This document shows positions 27,906-37,112 of a DNA stretch of 64,000 nucleotides, piece after piece. The notes under the pieces are model-generated. The model was not told the origin of the DNA. It did no database searches and saw only the letters and a program-made list of their open reading frames with translations. Where the stretch lies: the IMG/VR virus record IMGVR_UViG_3300007513_000009. One strand, written 5' to 3'. Source of the DNA: a virus. Numbering within the stretch: position 1 is the first letter of the stretch; each line of letters starts with the position of its first letter. Both the position numbers and the translations under genes were made by a program.

Positions 27906-28517
27906 ATGAATTATAGAATGTTATATAACCCGGATCATCTGGGAAAACTACTAAAAATAAATATCCCAAATAGTGATGTTGTGGCAAATAATTGTAAATC
28001 ATTTATATTATCTGATGAGGGTAGAGAGATTATAAAAAGACCACATTGGGTAATGAATAATATTCAGTACAATGCTTTTCGATGGCCAGGCCCCTTTGCA
28101 AATTTATATTTTTGGATAAGAACAGAGTTTTTTAAATATGCGAAAGAAATTGATATTGATATGACTATACCATATTATATTCATGGATGGGTTAATATAT
28201 TTGAAAAGGGTGATTTCATTGATTGGCATAATCATATGGATAGATATACACCTAATACATATCATGGTGTATTTTGTGTAAATGCTCCAGAAGATTCATA
28301 TACTCTATATAGAAATGATAAAAATGAAATATATGATGAAGTAAAATCCGAAACAGGGAATTGTCATATAATTTGTGATATGATAACTTATCATAAATCT
28401 ACTGAGAATAAATCGGATGAGCCAAGAATTACATTAGCCTTTGATATAATAACACCATCAGAATATAATGGTACTTGGAAGCATGAAACTGGAAATCAAT
28501 TTATACCATTTATTTGA
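27906..28517 (+). CDS. 2OG-Fe(II) oxygenase-like protein
   Basis: GWVNI…WHNH…YHKS…PRITLAFD. Confidence 0.8.
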   Translation: MNYRMLYNPDHLGKLLKINIPNSDVVANNCKSFILSDEGREIIKRPHWVMNNIQYNAFRWPGPFANLYFWIRTEFFKYAKEIDIDMTIPYYIHGWVNIFEKGDFIDWHNHMDRYTPNTYHGVFCVNAPEDSYTLYRNDKNEIYDEVKSETGNCHIICDMITYHKSTENKSDEPRITLAFDIITPSEYNGTWKHETGNQFIPFI

Positions 28518-28700
28518 TGAGAGATAAATGTGAAAGATGTAAAAGAAAACCAATAGATATAGCTAAAGGTTATACTATTTGTTTTAATTGTTTGATTGAA
28601 TTAGATATCAATCATAAAAATTATAAAAAATATAAAAAAAAGTCTTGACTCGTATTGCATTTCTTTTGTATCTTCATATATGAAAAAAAAGGAAAACACA

Positions 28701-29039
28701 ATGAACTTAAAAGAATATTTGGAAAAAAATAAAGTAGAGTCTACCAATTCTATGGAATGGCTACCAAGTGTTGGTGCTGTTCTTAATACTGAGAATGGTG
28801 ATTTACTACCTGTTAATGAAGATAGTTCTATTGATTTTGACGAAGGTGTAATGAACAATTTAATGGATATGGATATTTCAGATGAATCTGAAGAGTGGTA
28901 TGAATCATTACATCCTGTTGATAAAAAGGTTGTTGATGAAACGATGGATGAATTGGGTTATCAAAGGACTATGGTTATTTTAGGTGTTGCACAAAAAGAA
29001 ACTGATCGTAGATTAACAGATTTAATGGAGGGGTTATAA
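28701..29039 (+). CDS. acidic hypothetical early protein
   Basis: Follows a promoter repeat; resembles 29475-29672 (L.SVG.V.NT..G.L..V..D…W…L.P.D…V). Confidence 0.7.
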   Translation: MNLKEYLEKNKVESTNSMEWLPSVGAVLNTENGDLLPVNEDSSIDFDEGVMNNLMDMDISDESEEWYESLHPVDKKVVDETMDELGYQRTMVILGVAQKETDRRLTDLMEGL

Positions 29040-29040
29040 A

Positions 29041-29364
29041 ATGGGAAATATAGCTGAAACAATAGTGTTTGAAAAATTGAAAGCTGATGAAGAAGAACTT
29101 TGGCGTTATGGACCATTTGATGTTGGTGAAGATGTGTTTGTTGATTCTACTAATTTGTGGAATTCAAATGGGGTGGAGGATAGACTACTTATTCTGAAGG
29201 AATTGAAGAAAGACAGTAAAATTATGAAAAAGATTGGACCCGATCCATATTGGGATGATATTGATCTTGTAGCAGATAATGATGAAGGTGATACTGTTGC
29301 TACACTTCATAGAAATATGACGTTTAAAGCTTTGAAACGAACTATATTAGAGTGGCAACGCTAA
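29041..29364 (+). CDS. hypothetical protein
   Basis: ORF track; GGAGG upstream. Confidence 0.65.
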   Translation: MGNIAETIVFEKLKADEEELWRYGPFDVGEDVFVDSTNLWNSNGVEDRLLILKELKKDSKIMKKIGPDPYWDDIDLVADNDEGDTVATLHRNMTFKALKRTILEWQR

Positions 29365-29474
29365 TATATATATAGAAAATGGAAAGCAAAAATTTCTCAA
29401 GAAACTCTCAAAAAAGTCTTGACTTTTTCATTTATTCTTTGTATATTCACATATGACAAAAAAGGAAAAAACGA

Positions 29475-29672
29475 ATGATTGACTACATAAAAACTCTTGA
29501 TTCAGTAGGGTATGTATTTAACACATCATCAGGAATGCTAATGATGGTTGATGATGATGGAACTTTTAATCCAGATTATCCAATTCACATTTCTAATTTT
29601 AGTGATGTGTGGTTTAATAAATTATCACCCTGGGATTTAGAAACAGTTAACACTTATTTAAGGGGGGTGTAA
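29475..29672 (+). CDS. small early protein, paralog of 28701-29039
   Basis: Own promoter at 29419. Confidence 0.65.
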   Translation: MIDYIKTLDSVGYVFNTSSGMLMMVDDDGTFNPDYPIHISNFSDVWFNKLSPWDLETVNTYLRGV

Positions 29673-30043
29673 TGAATTTGGGTAGTGTATTGGACGAAAG
29701 TTATCCATCAAAATATAAAAATGCGATAGATAATTTACTTGTCGGTATCAATGAAGATTATAGGAATTGGACTTCAAATTGGAGTGACGATCCTACAAAT
29801 TCAAGGAATAAGTTTAAGGATGGCTTATCAGTAAAACCTGGTAGAAAATTTGATAAAGTGTTACATGGTAATTCTGTTTGGGGATTTGTTGCTAAAAAGG
29901 ATGGTGTATTTAAAGGGGAAACCTATGTATGTGGAGATGTATTTAAAGCAGCTAGTTGGGCTGCTCCCGCTAAATGGGTAAGAGGTAGTATCTTTAATAA
30001 GAATACTGATTGGTTTCAATGGACTGGTCCAAACTATTTATAA
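29672..30043 (+). CDS. hypothetical phage protein
   Basis: GRKFDKV…VWGFV…GDVFKAASWAAPAKWVRGSI…WTGPNYL, a pattern I recall from marine myovirus proteins. Confidence 0.7.
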   Translation: MNLGSVLDESYPSKYKNAIDNLLVGINEDYRNWTSNWSDDPTNSRNKFKDGLSVKPGRKFDKVLHGNSVWGFVAKKDGVFKGETYVCGDVFKAASWAAPAKWVRGSIFNKNTDWFQWTGPNYL

Positions 30044-30065
30044 TAATAAAAAAAAGGAGTCAAAA

Positions 30066-30320
30066 ATGACTTACAAAAGTGGAATGAAAATAAAAGTTGA
30101 AGCGGAACCTACTTTAATGAACCCAGAAGATGCCTTAAATGATATGGTAGATGATGGAGTTTCTGTAGAAGATGCTTTGAACTTTATAATAACTGAATCC
30201 ATAGTGGAATCTAAGGTTAATGAGTTGTTGAAAGATAATGATGACTTGTTTGGCGGTGAATTTGAGATATTGGATGATGGTATGGTTGAAGTTGTAATTA
30301 AAAGTTGGGATGATGTATAA
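30066..30320 (+). CDS. acidic hypothetical protein
   Basis: AGGAG RBS. Confidence 0.65.
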   Translation: MTYKSGMKIKVEAEPTLMNPEDALNDMVDDGVSVEDALNFIITESIVESKVNELLKDNDDLFGGEFEILDDGMVEVVIKSWDDV

Positions 30321-30353
30321 ATGTTAGATAAAATATAAAGAAGGAAAAATAAA

Positions 30354-30566
30354 ATGACTTTAAAAGAAATAATAAATTTATTGGAAAATATAGAAGGTTC
30401 ATTAGATGACGCTTTCTATTCTATTCCAGAATATGATTGTAATAGTGATGGAAGGTCTTATGTAGACGGTGCTAGAGATGAATTATACAATCTTAAAGAT
30501 AATATTGAAAAGGCTTTATTTGCTGGTGCTGAATTAGCAGTACAATACGAAGAAACTTTAAATTAA
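30354..30566 (+). CDS. hypothetical protein
   Basis: AAGGA RBS. Confidence 0.6.
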   Translation: MTLKEIINLLENIEGSLDDAFYSIPEYDCNSDGRSYVDGARDELYNLKDNIEKALFAGAELAVQYEETLN

Positions 30567-30572
30567 AAATAT

Positions 30573-31034
30573 ATGCCAAGGATAAGAAAAACTCTTGGGA
30601 AAAAAACACGCAAATTTGATTATCACGAAAATGATTATCGCTATCCACCTAAACCAGATTCCTATTATGATGTAAAGGAAAGAGGTGTATGTAGGTGGTG
30701 TGGTGATGTTATTAATGATGAATATGGTAGAAGAAACAATAGAGCTAGTTGGCATCCTGATTGTAGTGAAAGATATCTTTTTATCTATAATCAAAAGCAT
30801 ATAAAGAAATACATAAAGAAGAGAGATTATTGTGAATGTGCTAATTGTGGTGAGTATGATTCAAAATGGCAATTAGATCACATCAAACCATTATATGAAC
30901 AAAAAGATTTATCAACCAATCAAATAGATTGGAGTTATTGGGAAGAAGGTAATCTACAGACTTTATGTAGAAAATGTCATAAAGAAAAAACTAAAAAAGA
31001 TATGAAACATAAAACAGGAGATAATAATGAATAA
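30573..31034 (+). CDS. HNH endonuclease
   Basis: RDYCECANCG…QLDHIKPL…NLQTLCRKCHKEKT. Confidence 0.9.
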   Translation: MPRIRKTLGKKTRKFDYHENDYRYPPKPDSYYDVKERGVCRWCGDVINDEYGRRNNRASWHPDCSERYLFIYNQKHIKKYIKKRDYCECANCGEYDSKWQLDHIKPLYEQKDLSTNQIDWSYWEEGNLQTLCRKCHKEKTKKDMKHKTGDNNE

Positions 31035-31608
31035 CCCCAGAGCAACTTTTATAATGGGAATACTTACCGCCTTTCTTGCAGTAGTTTTCTATATGGAAAA
31101 TATGTATGAAGTTCCAATAAGAACTGTAGTTCGTAAAATTGATAATCTAATTGAAGTAGAAAAAACCAAACCAAATTTTTTTGAAGATGCTGATATAATC
31201 AATTCATCATTAAATAAATCCAAACTAAAGCATGTATTGATTTATATTTACGCCTTATGTGATGAATATACTGTACCTTATGATCTGGCTAAATCAGTTA
31301 TAATGACCGAATCAAGTTGGAACCACAAAGCAATATCAAAGAGTGGTGCTATTGGATTAATGCAAATAAAACCTGAAACAGCATATGGTGAATTCAAAAC
31401 ACCTAAAGATGATTTATATGACCCATATGTTAATGTAACTGTTGGTATAATGTATCTATCTGATTTATATCATAACTCTGGCGATGATTGGTATTATGCT
31501 TTAACAAGCTATAGTCATGGTCCAACTATTACAAGAACATATAGTTATGCTTATATATCTGACAATTTTTATGTTAATAAGGTTTTAGGTTTATTTTCTA
31601 ATGACTAA
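31027..31608 (+). CDS. SLT-family lytic transglycosylase with N-terminal TM anchor
   Basis: VIMTESSWN, AISKSGAIGLMQI, LYDPYVNV, ALTSY. Confidence 0.9.
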   Translation: MNNPRATFIMGILTAFLAVVFYMENMYEVPIRTVVRKIDNLIEVEKTKPNFFEDADIINSSLNKSKLKHVLIYIYALCDEYTVPYDLAKSVIMTESSWNHKAISKSGAIGLMQIKPETAYGEFKTPKDDLYDPYVNVTVGIMYLSDLYHNSGDDWYYALTSYSHGPTITRTYSYAYISDNFYVNKVLGLFSND

Positions 31609-32215
31609 TAATTTAGTATTCGGTGGAAATCCATGGTTAATTGAAATAAATTTATCTGAAAAAATCACAGATGAATTTAATAAAATATTAACAATAGAAG
31701 CTATTGAAAGTGATACAAAAGAACGAGAATTATTAGATGCTTTTCATTATAATACACGTATGGTTGATACTGAAAATGTTAAGAAATTATATAAAATATT
31801 TAAAGATGAATGTTATGTATGGTTTAGAAATATAGATAAACATTTACCAAGGCCACAAAAAACCTTAGCTTGTTCTTATATATGTACTGGAAAAAGATAT
31901 GATTCTGTTTGGCATAGACACACATCAAAAACTACTATAAATGGAGTTTATTATACGCAAATACCTGATGATAGTGGTACTTTATCTATTATGGATGACG
32001 ATGGTATGGAGAAAAAGTTTTTACCTTTAGAAAAACATTTATATTTAATGCCTGGTTGGTTTTTACATAAACCAAATCCATGTAATGATCCGGATGTTCC
32101 AAGAGTAGCTATAAATTTAGAATTTTTGTGTTTGACAAGACCAATATTAAAAGAAGAAAATTTTGATATAAAAGAATATGAAAATTTTGATGATGGTGCA
32201 TATATTTTATGGTAA
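31601..32215 (+). CDS. 2OG-Fe(II) oxygenase-like protein
   Basis: WHRH…GVYY…LMPGWFLHKP…RVAINLE. Confidence 0.8.
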   Translation: MTNNLVFGGNPWLIEINLSEKITDEFNKILTIEAIESDTKERELLDAFHYNTRMVDTENVKKLYKIFKDECYVWFRNIDKHLPRPQKTLACSYICTGKRYDSVWHRHTSKTTINGVYYTQIPDDSGTLSIMDDDGMEKKFLPLEKHLYLMPGWFLHKPNPCNDPDVPRVAINLEFLCLTRPILKEENFDIKEYENFDDGAYILW

Positions 32216-32233
32216 TAATTAATAAAAAAAGTC

Positions 32234-32263
32234 TTGACTTGTATAGGTAAAAATACTTATATT
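32234..32263 (+). promoter_or_regulatory. sigma70-like promoter driving the ncRNA-tRNA-mom unit
   Basis: TTGACT-N18-TATATT. Confidence 0.75.
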
Positions 32264-32274
32264 ATGATATAAGA

Positions 32275-32910
32275 TTTGGGTTGATTAGGGTATACCTATC
32301 CATACCACTGCTAGTATCGGTACTGCTGATACTTCTGGCATCAACCCATAGATTTTTGACAATTTGGAAATAGGAAGCGCGAAGGCTTGCTACCTTCGTG
32401 TGGGATTGACAGAATAAACTCTTTTCTAGAGAAGGGAGTTATTGTTTAGTAAGTTCGTCTGTGGTAGACTCTATTGCTCGAATGTGAGTGAAAAGAATCA
32501 ATAACAATTGTGAACCGAAAGATTTGTCTTTAAAGAAAAGAAACTACTTTTCTGGCTCATTGTAAGAGCGTGGTGTAAAAGCTGAGATTCTTACTTTATT
32601 ACCTAATAATCCGTGAGTGATGGATAAGGTGAATTGACAGGAGTTGTGTCCACTTCAACGAAGTTAACCACTTTTAGAAGTAACCAATCATAACCGATTG
32701 GGTTGATTGCATGAGTATTAAAATCATTCAAGATCAAAGGCATTTGTGAGATGTCAGGCTCACATCCCTCCTTAATTTCCAAGTATGAAGATTTCATTAA
32801 CAAACTTCGGTCAGCCGTATTAGGGTTGAAATCTTCATAAAGTTTGGGTGGTTTAACCGATTTTTAGTCTCCACTATTTTATGACTTAAAAAACAACCAA
32901 ATCACCCAGA
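32275..32910 (+). ncRNA. large structured non-coding RNA(s), family unidentified
   Basis: No + strand ORF of 60 aa or more; four consecutive stem-closed domains and about ten internal hairpins; G-U pairs favour the + strand. Confidence 0.7.
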
Positions 32911-32915
32911 TATTT

Positions 32916-32987
32916 GCGGTGGAAGTATCAAAGGTGATACACTTCGTTTCCAACGAAGAAGGTGGGGTTCGATTCCCTAACACCGCT
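32916..32987 (+). tRNA. atypical tRNA-Gly(TCC)
   Basis: GCGGTG/CACCGC acceptor, CTTCG-TTTCCAA-CGAAG anticodon arm, TGGGG-TTCGATT-CCCTA T-arm, U73; G7·A66 mismatch, A8, C14. Confidence 0.85.
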
Positions 32988-33018
32988 CAAAATTTGAACG
33001 ATAACCAAATGGTATGGT

Positions 33019-33801
33019 ATGGAAGAAAAATATGTAGATAAATCAAAAGTATATTTGCAACAAATACCCAAGAAGCAAGCTAAGAATATAATTATTGAAA
33101 AACATTATTCTCATAAATCTTCTTCATGTAGATATGCATTAGGAATCTTTTATAAAGATGATTCTCCACATCCATTTTTTGAAAATGAATCTAAAGAAAC
33201 ATTGATAGGTTGTATGACTCTAGGTTTTCCAGTTGGTAGAAGAGTGCTAGGTTCTATCTTTAGTGAAGACATAGGATTAGAGACAACAAATCTATTAGAG
33301 TTAACAAGACTTTATATTGATGATGGTTATGGTAAAAATATAGAATCATTTGTATTGGGTGCTATGTTTAGTTGGTTGAGGTTAAATGCACCAAACATTA
33401 AAGTATTAATATCATATGCAGATCCTGAACAAAATCATACAGGTAAAATTTATCAAGCAACTAATTGGTTATATCAAGGGTGTGGTGAAATACAGATGGC
33501 GCCAACATTCAGTTTGAGATTAACAGAAGATGGGGAATGGATACATAGCAGAACCGTTTATTCTTTATATGGTTCAGCCGCACCCAAAAATTTAATTAAG
33601 AAAATTGGTAAAACATTTTGGTTGAAGAAGGAAGCAGAGAAACATAGGTATCTTTACTTCATCGGAAACAAAAAAGAAAATAGACTATATAAATCAACAC
33701 TAAAACATAAACTATATCCCTATCCTGCCGACACTATAAACACCGCAGAAATTCAAAAAATAGAAGTTGAAGAATCAAGAGAAGTGGATAAATTTATTTA
33801 A
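33019..33801 (+). CDS. Mom-family (GNAT-fold) DNA adenine modification enzyme
   Basis: IIEKHYSH…LIGCMTLG…LELTRLYI…KNIESFV…LISYADPEQNHTGKIYQATNWLYQG…KHRYLY. Confidence 0.82.
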   Translation: MEEKYVDKSKVYLQQIPKKQAKNIIIEKHYSHKSSSCRYALGIFYKDDSPHPFFENESKETLIGCMTLGFPVGRRVLGSIFSEDIGLETTNLLELTRLYIDDGYGKNIESFVLGAMFSWLRLNAPNIKVLISYADPEQNHTGKIYQATNWLYQGCGEIQMAPTFSLRLTEDGEWIHSRTVYSLYGSAAPKNLIKKIGKTFWLKKEAEKHRYLYFIGNKKENRLYKSTLKHKLYPYPADTINTAEIQKIEVEESREVDKFI

Positions 33802-33863
33802 AAAAGTCTTGACTTGTATTGTTTTTTTATGTATATTCACATATGGAAAAAAGGAATAAAACA

Positions 33864-34193
33864 ATGAACTTAAATGAAACAATTTTTGGAACTGCTTACT
33901 TACTTGCAAAAGATGAGTATGTTGATGGTAAACATAGACTCAAAAATATAACTCTTATGGATTATATGAAAGAGTTAAAACTCATCGATCATCCAGGTCC
34001 TGTTGATACTTTGGCTGTAGTTTGGTATGAACATTTTGGTGAAACATACATCACTCAAATTTACGATCATGATACTGGCGAAGTGTATTGGGAAGATCCA
34101 TCTGATGAAGAATGGACGGATGCCGATGATGAAATTACAAACGCCTTACTTATGTATGGTGGTTTAGAAAACACAATAGGTGAGTGTTATTAA
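33864..34193 (+). CDS. acidic hypothetical early protein
   Basis: Follows the promoter at 33809 and an A-rich RBS. Confidence 0.65.
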   Translation: MNLNETIFGTAYLLAKDEYVDGKHRLKNITLMDYMKELKLIDHPGPVDTLAVVWYEHFGETYITQIYDHDTGEVYWEDPSDEEWTDADDEITNALLMYGGLENTIGECY

Positions 34194-34627
34194 TGATTTC
34201 TGCTAGTAAGCGAAAAGATCAATTGTCACATATGTTAAGTGATGATATATATTGGATTAATGATAAAGGATTTAAGTCTGTTATTGTCGATATGCATAAT
34301 CATTTAAAAAAAGGTAGAGTACTCACAGATAAACAAAATGATGTTGTAGTTAAAGCTGTGAAGAAATATGCTAAATATTTTTTTCTAAAAAACGATTCTA
34401 ATTATAAAGAACAGATTGACGTGAATCGACAGAAAGTTTCTAAAATACAGCATATGTTATATCAATGTAATTACACAGCATCTTATGAAATGAGTGCTGA
34501 TGATTTTTTAAAAAGTATTGATGGGTGGTTAAAAAATGGAAATCAATTAACATTGAAGCAAAGAAAAGCTTTAAACAAAATGTATAAAAGATTTAAAAAA
34601 AGGGTTGATAAAAGGCTTGTATCTTAA
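34184..34627 (+). CDS. hypothetical protein with internal duplication
   Basis: F.KS…LKKGRVLTDKQ / FLKSI…LKNGNQLTLKQ. Confidence 0.65.
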   Translation: MLLMISASKRKDQLSHMLSDDIYWINDKGFKSVIVDMHNHLKKGRVLTDKQNDVVVKAVKKYAKYFFLKNDSNYKEQIDVNRQKVSKIQHMLYQCNYTASYEMSADDFLKSIDGWLKNGNQLTLKQRKALNKMYKRFKKRVDKRLVS

Positions 34628-34760
34628 TTAAATATACATTATATTATTATGTGTTGGAAGTGCATATAAAGGTTATCGTTCTCCAAAGAACTTCGGGTTT
34701 GAATTCTTTTCTTCCTTTCTTTTCAAGCCCAAATATTAAAACATAAACGATGAGGATAAA

Positions 34761-35000
34761 ATGGTAAAAGTAAAATTAGACTTATCACAATACGAACTCA
34801 ATGATGATGATTTAAAACAAATGGAATCTATTGATAAAAAAACGATGAAGGATGATCCTAATTATCCAAAGAACAAAAGAGTTAATCTTGAGTATTATGC
34901 TGAAGATGAACTTGATGATCTTGGAGTGGATGATTATTCAGATTGTGATGGTCGTGAAGAAATACAAACTCTTAGCGATTTGGGAATGGACATATATTGA
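34761..35000 (+). CDS. acidic hypothetical protein
   Basis: GAGG RBS. Confidence 0.65.
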   Translation: MVKVKLDLSQYELNDDDLKQMESIDKKTMKDDPNYPKNKRVNLEYYAEDELDDLGVDDYSDCDGREEIQTLSDLGMDIY

Positions 35001-35359
35001 TTTGTTGGGAAACAGGTTTAGATGATGCTGAAGAAGCATTAGATTGGTGTTTGGATACATATGGTTTTTCTAAACACCAAGATGATGTTCCTTGGTTAGA
35101 TTTTAGTGAAGATGATTTAGGTATGATGGGTGAATATAAAGCAGATGATAATTCTTTAATTATATATCCAGATTATATCAATACTTATGATGATTTAATT
35201 GAAACTATAATTCATGAATATCAACACTATTTACAATCACCAACATGGATGGAAAGATATTATAATATGGGTTATAATTATAAAACTCATCCATATGAAG
35301 TGCAAGCCGAAACTATAGCTAAGAGAGATAAAAAAATATGTAGTAAATCATTAAATTAG
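34997..35359 (+). CDS. HExxH zinc metallopeptidase-like protein
   Basis: TIIHEYQHYLQ…HPYEVQA. Confidence 0.75.
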   Translation: MICWETGLDDAEEALDWCLDTYGFSKHQDDVPWLDFSEDDLGMMGEYKADDNSLIIYPDYINTYDDLIETIIHEYQHYLQSPTWMERYYNMGYNYKTHPYEVQAETIAKRDKKICSKSLN

Positions 35360-35370
35360 GATATTTATTT

Positions 35371-35688
35371 ATGATAATGGATCCACCAAATAAAGATATA
35401 AAGATCTTATTAGATTCGGTAATTACGCGTTTAGAAAAAAATGAAAAAGAGAATGAAAAAATCTCTGGATCATTAGTTACTGTTAAAGATGAATTAAAAG
35501 ATATAAATTTAGAACTTGATACTATATTGGGTGAATTAATTGCTAATGATTTACCTATCAAATTAGATGCTATAGAAAAAAGAAAACTTACAGTATTGAA
35601 TCATCTAAATTCTATGGAAAACCAATTAGAGAAAGATGAAGAATTATTTGATATAGAATTTCTAGATACAATAGTTGGTGAGTCTTAA
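35371..35688 (+). CDS. coiled-coil hypothetical protein
   Basis: ATATTTAT upstream. Confidence 0.6.
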   Translation: MIMDPPNKDIKILLDSVITRLEKNEKENEKISGSLVTVKDELKDINLELDTILGELIANDLPIKLDAIEKRKLTVLNHLNSMENQLEKDEELFDIEFLDTIVGES

Positions 35689-35693
35689 ATATT

Positions 35694-36008
35694 TTGTTAC
35701 ATATAATTTTTACAATTATTTTATTTTTATTATGCATAGCATCAACAACAATATTATTTTTTGCCTTGCGCAAAATAAATCAATACGAATCAATAATACT
35801 AAACTTTAATAATAGAGTAGAACATATAAAACAACAATTAAAACTAATAGATGATAAAGGTCATTTTGAAGCCGATGATGAAATCGGTTTCTTTTTTGAT
35901 GAAATAAAATTATTAAGTTCCGATTTAGAAGAACTTTTTGAACCATTGGAAGAGGTTGTTGATGAAAAAAATCCCACCAGTAAAATTAAAAAAGAAAAAG
36001 AAAAGTAG
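35694..36008 (+). CDS. single-TM membrane protein
   Basis: N-terminal transmembrane segment; FEADDEIGFFF motif. Confidence 0.6.
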   Translation: MLHIIFTIILFLLCIASTTILFFALRKINQYESIILNFNNRVEHIKQQLKLIDDKGHFEADDEIGFFFDEIKLLSSDLEELFEPLEEVVDEKNPTSKIKKEKEK

Positions 36009-36693
36009 AATATATTTTGGATTACCTGTACAAGAAGCAATTATAGTATATAACTATTCTACTGATAAACCGTATAAAGATAAAATATATACTGAAATAA
36101 TCCATCCAGCATTTATGAAGTTGGCTGAAAATATAATTAATACATTTAAGTTTAGTTATTTTGATTATGGATTTAGAGATTTACAAGAAGAAGTTGTGTC
36201 TAATTTATTAATAAACATGCATAAGTTTGATGAAACTCGTGGAACGAAAGCTTTTAGTTATTTTTCTATAATAGCAAAAAATTATTTAATCTTAAATAAT
36301 AATGCTAACTATAAAAAATTAAAAACACATGATGATATAAAAACTGTTGTTGATAAAGCTATATGGGATACCGAATTAGATCCTTCTCCAACAAATGAAG
36401 TTTTTGAAAAAACTGTTGAATATTTTGAATATAAATTAGAAGAGTTTTTCCCAAATGAAAATGATAGAAATGTTGCTGAATCAATATTGTATTTGTGTAA
36501 AAATAAAGATAGTATAGATAATTACAATAAAAAAGCTTTATATATAATGATTCGTGAAATGACTGATGTAAAGACATCTAAAATTACACAAATATCAAAT
36601 GTATTCAGATCTATATATCCTAAGATACAAAAAGAAGTTTTATCTAAGGGTCATATAAATGATATATTAGTAGCCACAGGCTCAATTGTGTAA
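35962..36693 (+). CDS. phage RNA polymerase sigma factor (sigma70 region-2-like, probable late sigma)
   Basis: KLAENIIN…DLQEE…KFDETRGTKAFSYFSIIAKN; GAGG supports the 35962 start. Confidence 0.75.
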   Translation: MKKIPPVKLKKKKKSRIYFGLPVQEAIIVYNYSTDKPYKDKIYTEIIHPAFMKLAENIINTFKFSYFDYGFRDLQEEVVSNLLINMHKFDETRGTKAFSYFSIIAKNYLILNNNANYKKLKTHDDIKTVVDKAIWDTELDPSPTNEVFEKTVEYFEYKLEEFFPNENDRNVAESILYLCKNKDSIDNYNKKALYIMIREMTDVKTSKITQISNVFRSIYPKIQKEVLSKGHINDILVATGSIV

Positions 36694-36729
36694 AGTTTTC
36701 TTACATTCTATATTTATTATTAGAATGTT

Positions 36730-37110
36730 ATGGAAAAAGACTTCAACATATTTGACGATATTAATTTCTCTGATTTATCCAAGGAGATATACGAGAATTC
36801 CAAATTAAAGAAAAACCAAATTGAGCTTTTTATTCAAGAGGTACATGGTTATATACAAGGAATAGAAGATATAGCAACTGTTGGTCCAATATTAAAAGAG
36901 TTATTTGAAGTTGGAGTAAAAAATGATGATAATCTTTTAAAGTTAGCAACTATTATTCAGCGTATTATGAATAAAACTAATGAAGTTGATGATATTGAAT
37001 TATTGACAGATAAAGAAAAGGAAGAATTGATGTCTAGTTTGGATGAAGTTGCTGATGAATTAAATAAAAAAATAGATATAAAGGCATCAACTATTAAAAC
37101 GGCTAATTAG
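36730..37110 (+). CDS. hypothetical protein at the head of the structural operon
   Basis: ATATTTAT upstream; helical. Confidence 0.65.
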   Translation: MEKDFNIFDDINFSDLSKEIYENSKLKKNQIELFIQEVHGYIQGIEDIATVGPILKELFEVGVKNDDNLLKLATIIQRIMNKTNEVDDIELLTDKEKEELMSSLDEVADELNKKIDIKASTIKTAN

Positions 37111-37112
37111 TT

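Noticed and set aside
32603-32803. 66-aa minus-strand ORF inside the structured RNA region
   Set aside because: No RBS or motif; the pairing pattern and promoter favour a + strand RNA.
32275-32910. RNase P RNA, tmRNA or self-splicing intron as the identity of the large RNA
   Set aside because: No GAGGAAAGTCC core, no tRNA-like tmRNA ends, and no interrupted host gene.
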